From NCBI GenBank assembly GCA_040216925.1, contig JAVJOF010000015.1, forward strand, positions 63,836 through 127,835: a DNA stretch of 64,000 nt, read 5' to 3'. Source of the DNA: Longimicrobiales bacterium. Lineage in GTDB: Bacteria > Gemmatimonadota > Gemmatimonadetes > Longimicrobiales > Gaopeijiaceae. The translations under genes and the position numbers were made by a program. The notes under the pieces are model-generated. The model made no database searches. It saw nothing but the letters and a program-made list of their open reading frames with translations, and had not been told where the DNA came from. The stretch's first letter is position 1, and every line of letters begins with the position of its first letter. Shown here one piece after another: positions 58,733-64,000 of the stretch.

Positions 58733-59584
58733 ATGTGTCGCTTCACGTTCTACATGGGGCAGGAGATCCGGGTGGCGTCGCTCATCACCGAGCCCGAGAA
58801 CTCCCTGATCCATCAGAGCTTCGACTCGCTGGAGCGGGAGGAGCCCCTCAACGGAGACGGCTTCGGGCTGGCGTGGTACGCGCCGGACCACGTCGAGCCG
58901 GCGCTGTTCAAGTCGGTGACCCCGGCGTGGAGCAACCGGAACCTGCGTGACCTGGCCCGGGTGGTGTCCAGCCGGTGCGTCATGGGCCACGTCCGCGCCG
59001 CCACCCAGCAGCTCGAGGTCAGCGAGTCGAACTGCCATCCGTTCCGCCGGGGCCGCCACCTGTTCATGCACAACGGCGACATCGGCGGCTTCGACGTCCT
59101 GCGCCGCCCCATGCTGTCCGCCCTGTCGGATCGCGCCTTCCGCGCCATCACCGGAACCACCGACTCGGAGCACTTCTTCGGGCTCCTGATGGACTCGATC
59201 CGCGAGCTCGACGTGCACCAGGTGGATACCCTGGCGGAGGCCCTGATGCGGACGCTCCGGCGCGTCCTCGACCTGTCCGCCGACCATGGGGTGGAGGATC
59301 CGACCTACCTGAACGCCGTGATCACCGACGGCGAGCGGGCCGTGGCGTGCCGCTTCACCACCGACGTGCCGGAAAACGCCGATTCGCTGTACGTGGCCTC
59401 CGGCCGCGCCTACACCTGTGTGGAGGGCGCGTCGACGTTCGTCGACGCCGATGGCGACCGCGGGTCGGTCCTGGTCAGCTCCGAACGCCTCAGCGACGAC
59501 GACGGCTGGATGTCCGTGCCGGTGAACCACATGGTGCTGGTGGCGGCCGACCTCTCGGCGAAGGTGATGCCGATGGAGGTGTAG
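58733..59584 (+). CDS. Class II (Ntn) glutamine amidotransferase, YafJ/EgtC-like
   Basis: N-terminal MCR (catalytic Cys2). GDGFGLAWY...GHVRAAT...NCHPF...FMHNGDIGGF. Confidence 0.8.
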   Translation: MCRFTFYMGQEIRVASLITEPENSLIHQSFDSLEREEPLNGDGFGLAWYAPDHVEPALFKSVTPAWSNRNLRDLARVVSSRCVMGHVRAATQQLEVSESNCHPFRRGRHLFMHNGDIGGFDVLRRPMLSALSDRAFRAITGTTDSEHFFGLLMDSIRELDVHQVDTLAEALMRTLRRVLDLSADHGVEDPTYLNAVITDGERAVACRFTTDVPENADSLYVASGRAYTCVEGASTFVDADGDRGSVLVSSERLSDDDGWMSVPVNHMVLVAADLSAKVMPMEV

Positions 59585-59623
59585 GGGAGCGGGCGGCGGA
59601 GACGCCCTCGCCGCCCGCCTTGC

Positions 59624-60454
59624 CTACAGGCTCTTCAGCATCTTGATCAGCTTCGGCTGGGGCGAGCAGTCCGTCTTGTCCTTCCGCACGTTGGTGTGCG
59701 TCCAGACGCCGGGCTTGCCGGCCAGGGCGTCGTCGTCGTACTCGAAGGCCGACGTGCCCACCTTGGCCCGCGCCGACCGGGTGCGGGGCCCGTCGTCGCC
59801 ATCGACCTTGAGCTTCTTGCCTTCGTGGTCCGTGAAGCCGTGGTCGTTCAGCCACTTCTGCTGCTGGCGGACCGTCAGGCCGTCCGGCAGCGACAGGCCG
59901 TCGCGGGCCAGCGCGGGCTGCAGCCCCGCCTTCAGGTCGATGCCGTGGCGGCGGGCCAGCTCCTTCATGAGGGTCTTCACCGCCGCGAGCTGGGCATCGG
60001 TGTAGCGGTGCCAGTACCGGTAGCCGCGGAAGGGCTGGTCCAGCTCCACCACCTGGTCGTCCGGCACGGCGTGGTTGACGTAGTTGTAGAAGCGGCCGTC
60101 CTGCTGCGACTTCACCAGCCAGCCGTAGTTGCAGATCTCGATGCCGATGGACTTCCGGTCGAGGGCGCCGGCGCTCCCGCGGACGCCCAGGTGATAGGCC
60201 CAGTGTTCCTCGGGAAAGCAGCGGACCACCGAGCCGTCCATGCTGGCGTCTCCGTTGCGGGTCGAGACGCCGCCGATGACGTAGGCCGTGGCCACCCGCA
60301 TGCGGTTGCCTCCGCCGTCGCGGTCCCACCACGACACGACCCCGGCCGGGTCGTGCCCGCCGGCGGTGTGGTGCAGGTAGATGGTGTCCTTCGGGGTCGC
60401 TTCGTCGATCCACTCACCTGTGGTGAGCGGGACTTCGGTCACGGCCAGGGCCAT
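59624..60454 (-). CDS. N-acetylmuramoyl-L-alanine amidase (Amidase_2/PGRP) with peptidoglycan-binding repeat, no signal peptide
   Basis: IYLHHTAGG...ATAYVIG...IGIEICNYG amidase_2 motifs. PG_binding-like LTVRQQQKWLNDHGF...VDGDDGPRTRSA. Lys-rich with visibly lower GC. Confidence 0.8.
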   Translation of the reverse strand: MALAVTEVPLTTGEWIDEATPKDTIYLHHTAGGHDPAGVVSWWDRDGGGNRMRVATAYVIGGVSTRNGDASMDGSVVRCFPEEHWAYHLGVRGSAGALDRKSIGIEICNYGWLVKSQQDGRFYNYVNHAVPDDQVVELDQPFRGYRYWHRYTDAQLAAVKTLMKELARRHGIDLKAGLQPALARDGLSLPDGLTVRQQQKWLNDHGFTDHEGKKLKVDGDDGPRTRSARAKVGTSAFEYDDDALAGKPGVWTHTNVRKDKTDCSPQPKLIKMLKSL

Positions 60455-60623
60455 TGGGTCGCTCCGGTGGCGCGGCCCACCCGGGGGGAGTCGGGTGAGC
60501 GCAGCATTGCGTTCCCGCGATCCCGGCGCAAGCCGGACACCGGGTGATGGCGGGGGCCGCTCCGTCGGCCCCATGTTGGCGCACGCTTTTCCGCCGGATC
60601 CCGCCTTCCGCCCCCGAGTGACC

Positions 60624-61220
60624 ATGGCTTCGTACCCGGACCGACGAGACTTCCTGGTTCGTACCGGTGGGGCCGCCGGGCTGGCCGCGCTCCTGGGCTC
60701 CGCCGCGTGTCGCGACGCCTCGAGGGAGGCCGCCGAGGCCGCCCGGACCGATGCGCCGCCCACCGTGCTGACGCCGGAGGAGGTCCGCACGCTGGAGGCC
60801 GTGGCCGACCGGATCCTGCCGCCCGGCGGCGACGGCACAGGCGGCCAGGCGCTCGACGACGATGGGCCGGGCGCGAAGGACCTGGGCGCCGTGGTCTTCA
60901 TCGACCGGTTCGTGGCCCGGGACGGCGGTACCCTCGAGGGCCTCCGCGCCGCCCTGGGCGTCCTGGCCGAGACGGCGGGCGGCGACGTGGCCGACCGCAC
61001 CGCGGCCCAGCAGGACGAGGCGCTCCGGGCGTTCGAGGCCCACCCGTCGGGGCTGTTCGGCCTGGTTCGCTTCCTGGTGCTGGCCGGGGCGTTCGCGGGG
61101 CCCAAACACGGGGGCAACCGCGACGGCGCCGGGTGGGCGCTCCTGGGCTTCCAGGACCGGCACGCCTGGCAGCCCCCCTTCGGCGCGTACGACGGCCCGG
61201 CGGCCGGAGAGGGCGCATGA
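60624..61220 (+). CDS. Gluconate 2-dehydrogenase subunit 3-family protein (Tat signal)
   Basis: Tat motif DRRDFLVRTGG. Small subunit preceding a GMC flavoprotein, with an ATGA overlap. Confidence 0.75.
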   Translation: MASYPDRRDFLVRTGGAAGLAALLGSAACRDASREAAEAARTDAPPTVLTPEEVRTLEAVADRILPPGGDGTGGQALDDDGPGAKDLGAVVFIDRFVARDGGTLEGLRAALGVLAETAGGDVADRTAAQQDEALRAFEAHPSGLFGLVRFLVLAGAFAGPKHGGNRDGAGWALLGFQDRHAWQPPFGAYDGPAAGEGA

Positions 61221-62923
61221 GCGACCGGGCTGCGGGGCTCGGTGCCGTCGGTCGGCGGGGCTTCCTGACCGGGCGCACCGGCACGCGCTTCCAGACCCGC
61301 GAGGAGGTGGACGCCGTGGTCGTCGGCTCCGGGGCGGCGGGCGGGGTCATGGCCCGGGAGCTGGCCCGGGCGGGGTGGAGCGTGGTGGTGCTCGAGCAGG
61401 GCGCCTACCGGACCGCGGCCGACGCGAACCACGACGAGTGGGACACCTGGTTCGACATGGAGCTCATCGGGCGCGGCGATCCGCAGCGCTACCGCCCGGA
61501 CGCCGACACCGAGCCCCGGGACTGGTCCGAACTGCCGCCGGCCACGTACGCCCGGACGGTGGGGGGCTCCAGTGCCCACTTCGCCGGGAACTACTGGCGC
61601 TTCCGGCCGCTGGACTTCCAGGAGCGGAGCCTCCTGGGCCCCATCGCCGGGACGAGCTTCGCCGACTGGCCCATCGACTACGACGAGCTGGAGCCGTACT
61701 ACACGCGGGTGGACTGGGAGGTGGGCGTGTCGGGCGTGCCCGTCCACGGCGATCCGCCGCGCTCCCGGGGCTATCCGCACCCTCCCCTGCCCGTGAAGAG
61801 TTCGGGGGTGCTGTTCGAGCGGGGATGCCGCGCCCTGGGACTTCCCGTCAGCCCGTCACCCCTGGCCATCCTGTCCGAGCCCCGGCCGGGGCGGGCGCCG
61901 TGCGTCCAGTGCGGGGCGTGCAGCGGCTACATCTGCGAGATGGGCGCCAAGTCGTCGTCGTTGGCCACCATGATCCCCGAGGCGGAGGCCACCGGCCGGT
62001 GCGAGATCCGGGCCGGCTCCACGGTCCACCGCATCGAGACCGACGCGTCGGGCCGGGCCACCGAGGTGGTCTACTTCGACGCCGACGGCACCGAGCAGGC
62101 GCAGCGGGCCCGGGTGGTGGTGGTGTGCGCCAACGGCGCGGAGACGCCGCGCCTGCTGCTCATGTCGGAGTCCTCACGGCATCCCCAGGGACTGGCCAAC
62201 GGCTCGGGCTACGTGGGCCGGAACCTCATGTACAACGGGTACGCCAGCGTGCGCGGTGCGTTCAGCGAGCCGCTCAACGAATTCAAGGGCGTGACCGCCA
62301 CCCGGCTGTGCATGGAGTGGTACGCGTCGGACCCGGCCCGGGGCTTCTACGGCGGCGGGGGGCTCGACGCCCGCTTCACGCCCAACGAGCCGGTGATCTT
62401 CGCGCTGACGGGGATGCCGCTGGACGGCCCGAGCTGGGGTGCCGACTTCCGCCGCGGCCTGGCCGACTTCTACACGCGCTCCATGGACGTGGCGGTGCAT
62501 TCCACATCGCTGCCGCTGGCCACCAACACCATCACCCTGGATCCCGAGCGCACCGACCGATTCGGCCGCCCCGGCATCATGGTCACGTACCTGGACCACG
62601 ACGACGACCTGGCCACCATGCGCTTCCTCCAGGACCGGGGCGCGGAGATCCTGGACGCCGCGGGTGCCCACACCATCTGGAAGACGCCCGTGAGACCCCA
62701 GAGCATCGGCTTCCACCTGCTGGGCACGGCGCGCATGGGCGACGATCCGGATGCATCCGTGGTGGACCGGTACCACCGGGCCCACGAGGTGCCGAACCTG
62801 GTGGTGTGCGACGGCAGCAGCCTGGTCACCGGCGGGCGGGGTCAGCCCACCATGACCATCCAGGCGCTGGCCTTCCGGGCCGCCGAGCACCTGGTGGAGG
62901 CGGGGCGGCGCGGGGAGGTGTAG
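61217..62923 (+). CDS. GMC-family FAD oxidoreductase
   Basis: DAVVVGSGAAGGVMARELARAGWSVVVLEQG FAD fold. C-terminus HLLGTARMG...NLVVCDGS. Confidence 0.9.
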   Translation: MSDRAAGLGAVGRRGFLTGRTGTRFQTREEVDAVVVGSGAAGGVMARELARAGWSVVVLEQGAYRTAADANHDEWDTWFDMELIGRGDPQRYRPDADTEPRDWSELPPATYARTVGGSSAHFAGNYWRFRPLDFQERSLLGPIAGTSFADWPIDYDELEPYYTRVDWEVGVSGVPVHGDPPRSRGYPHPPLPVKSSGVLFERGCRALGLPVSPSPLAILSEPRPGRAPCVQCGACSGYICEMGAKSSSLATMIPEAEATGRCEIRAGSTVHRIETDASGRATEVVYFDADGTEQAQRARVVVVCANGAETPRLLLMSESSRHPQGLANGSGYVGRNLMYNGYASVRGAFSEPLNEFKGVTATRLCMEWYASDPARGFYGGGGLDARFTPNEPVIFALTGMPLDGPSWGADFRRGLADFYTRSMDVAVHSTSLPLATNTITLDPERTDRFGRPGIMVTYLDHDDDLATMRFLQDRGAEILDAAGAHTIWKTPVRPQSIGFHLLGTARMGDDPDASVVDRYHRAHEVPNLVVCDGSSLVTGGRGQPTMTIQALAFRAAEHLVEAGRRGEV

Positions 62924-62934
62924 CCGCGGGCCCG

Positions 62935-64000
62935 CTAGAACGCCAGCGCCTTGGTCACCTTGAACGACAGCAGCCGCTCGAGCGGCCGCAGCCCCGCCTG
63001 GTTGCGGCGCTCCGTGTAGACGATGAACAGGTCGCTCAGCGGCGCGTGGATGTAGTTGAGCCGCAGGTTGGTGACCAGGTCCTCGGTGGCCGAGTTGTAC
63101 TGCACGAAGGCGCTGGCGAAGAGGGTGGTGCTGGCCCCGTAGGTCAGGCGCCCGCCGTAGACGTCGGCGTCGAAGTCCTGGGCGCCGGGAATCGAGATCT
63201 TGTTGCGCTGCGCCGACCCGTCCAGCGAAAGGCGATAGTTGGCGCGCCACTGGCCCGAAAGCGACAGGGCCGTCCGGTCGCCGTTGAAGAAGCCGCCGGT
63301 GGAGACCCGGGCCCGCCCCGAGAGCGCCCGGCCCGCGCTGGTCCCGGCGCTCAGGCCCACCTCCCGGAACGTGTAGTCGCCGGCGGGCACCACGGCGTCG
63401 GCCAGCACGGAGAACGGATCGTCGAGGCGCTCGAAGTTGTCGATCACGTCGGCACCGAAGCTGCTGCCGTCGCGGAAGCCCACGTCCAGCGAGGCGGTGC
63501 GCACCCGGGTCAGGAGGCGCCCGTTCAGGTCGCTGACGTAGTCCACTTCCACGAACGGGTTGATCTCGTTGAGCCACGGCGCCCCAGGGCGGTGGTGCAC
63601 GCCGACGGTGGCGTAGCCGTTGCGCACCCCGCCGCGGCGCACGAAGCCCACCCGGGGCACGAAGGCGTCGCCCACGTGCTTCACGCCGGCCGACACGTTC
63701 CAGAAGTTGTCGCGCCACCCTGCCCAGAGGCGGCCCGCCCACGCCGATCCGCCGGAGAGCTGCGAGTCGTCCACGGTGGCCAGGTAGGAGTTGATCCGCA
63801 GGTAGCGGCTCGGCGCCAGGTTGGCCTCGACGCCACCGGTCCGGTTGTACGTGCCCGCGCCGTCGGTGGACTGGCGATTCACGAAGATGGCGCCGATGTC
63901 GCCGAAGCCCTCGATGGTGCGCTTGGCGCGGAGCACGCTGAAGTTCTCCTCGGGCAGGCCCAGGGCGCTGCGGGTCTGCATGCTGATGGCCCCCACCTCG
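62935..64000 (-). CDS. Outer-membrane beta-barrel-like protein, C-terminal part (N-terminus outside the window)
   Basis: The ORF is open to the window edge. Alternating beta-strand pattern, ending ...FKVTKALAF (aromatic terminal residue typical of OMPs). Possibly DUF5916-like. Confidence 0.5.
   Translation of the reverse strand, partial: EVGAISMQTRSALGLPEENFSVLRAKRTIEGFGDIGAIFVNRQSTDGAGTYNRTGGVEANLAPSRYLRINSYLATVDDSQLSGGSAWAGRLWAGWRDNFWNVSAGVKHVGDAFVPRVGFVRRGGVRNGYATVGVHHRPGAPWLNEINPFVEVDYVSDLNGRLLTRVRTASLDVGFRDGSSFGADVIDNFERLDDPFSVLADAVVPAGDYTFREVGLSAGTSAGRALSGRARVSTGGFFNGDRTALSLSGQWRANYRLSLDGSAQRNKISIPGAQDFDADVYGGRLTYGASTTLFASAFVQYNSATEDLVTNLRLNYIHAPLSDLFIVYTERRNQAGLRPLERLLSFKVTKALAF

Noticed and set aside
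1-64000. Search for mobile elements, prophage blocks, toxin-antitoxin pairs, or known defence systems (RM, CBASS, Abi etc.).
   Set aside because: No transposase, integrase, recombinase, phage structural, nuclease/methylase or small TA-like gene pairs were recognisable by eye. The only compositionally odd gene is the lone amidase at 59624-60454, which is reported separately.

Overview
Very GC-rich 64-kb window (about 70% G+C by eye) from a diderm bacterium. The mix of families (DUF2911, 6-bladed beta-propeller lipoprotein, PadR plus DUF1700-like partner, Bat/MoxR operon) suggests a Gemmatimonadota/Acidobacteriota-like genome, but I cannot verify that here.

Nt 1-26759 are one large motility locus on the + strand: flhB(partial)-flhA-flhF-flhG, fliA, an unknown membrane/HTH ORF, flgF-flgG-flgA-flgH-flgI-flgJ(rod-binding only)-flgN-like-flgK-csrA. 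A four-gene PadR/membrane/ExbB-like/beta-propeller insert follows, then a divergent kinase-like gene, motA-motB plus a hybrid kinase-like/receiver gene, and fliC-fliD-fliS-(fliT-like)-flgM-cheY-cheZ-like. This runs without a break into a MoxR-DUF58-VWA-VWA-TPR-BatD/SH3 (Bat-type) operon ending at 34784.

The remainder holds:
- a PAS hybrid histidine kinase, a VOC enzyme, and a TPR membrane protein with a small coupled ORF;
- tdh and kbl, separated by a hairpin-rich repeat array;
- a run of exported amidohydrolases and peptidases, including two near-identical M20 paralogs that bracket cutC and a cytochrome-c/LytS/LytTR operon;
- a class II amidotransferase, an endolysin-like amidase, a Tat-dependent GMC oxidoreductase pair and a partial outer-membrane protein.

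I recognised no rRNA, tRNA, CRISPR array, transposase or integrase. The many long antisense ORFs in the track are GC-driven shadow frames.

The leads most worth follow-up are:
- the PadR/DUF1700-like/orphan ExbB-type channel/beta-propeller operon inside the flagellar locus;
- the membrane-tethered HTH ORF coupled between fliA and flgF;
- CsrA-type hairpins in the fliC and motA leaders, together with a long-tailed csrA that lacks fliW and flgL neighbours;
- the apparent fusion of flgM-cheY-cheZ and the Bat/MoxR operon into one transcription unit;
- a (GYGxP)10 repeat in the BatD/SH3 fusion;
- the tdh-kbl repeat array.

All functional calls rest on motifs read by eye, so they need HMM or BLAST confirmation.
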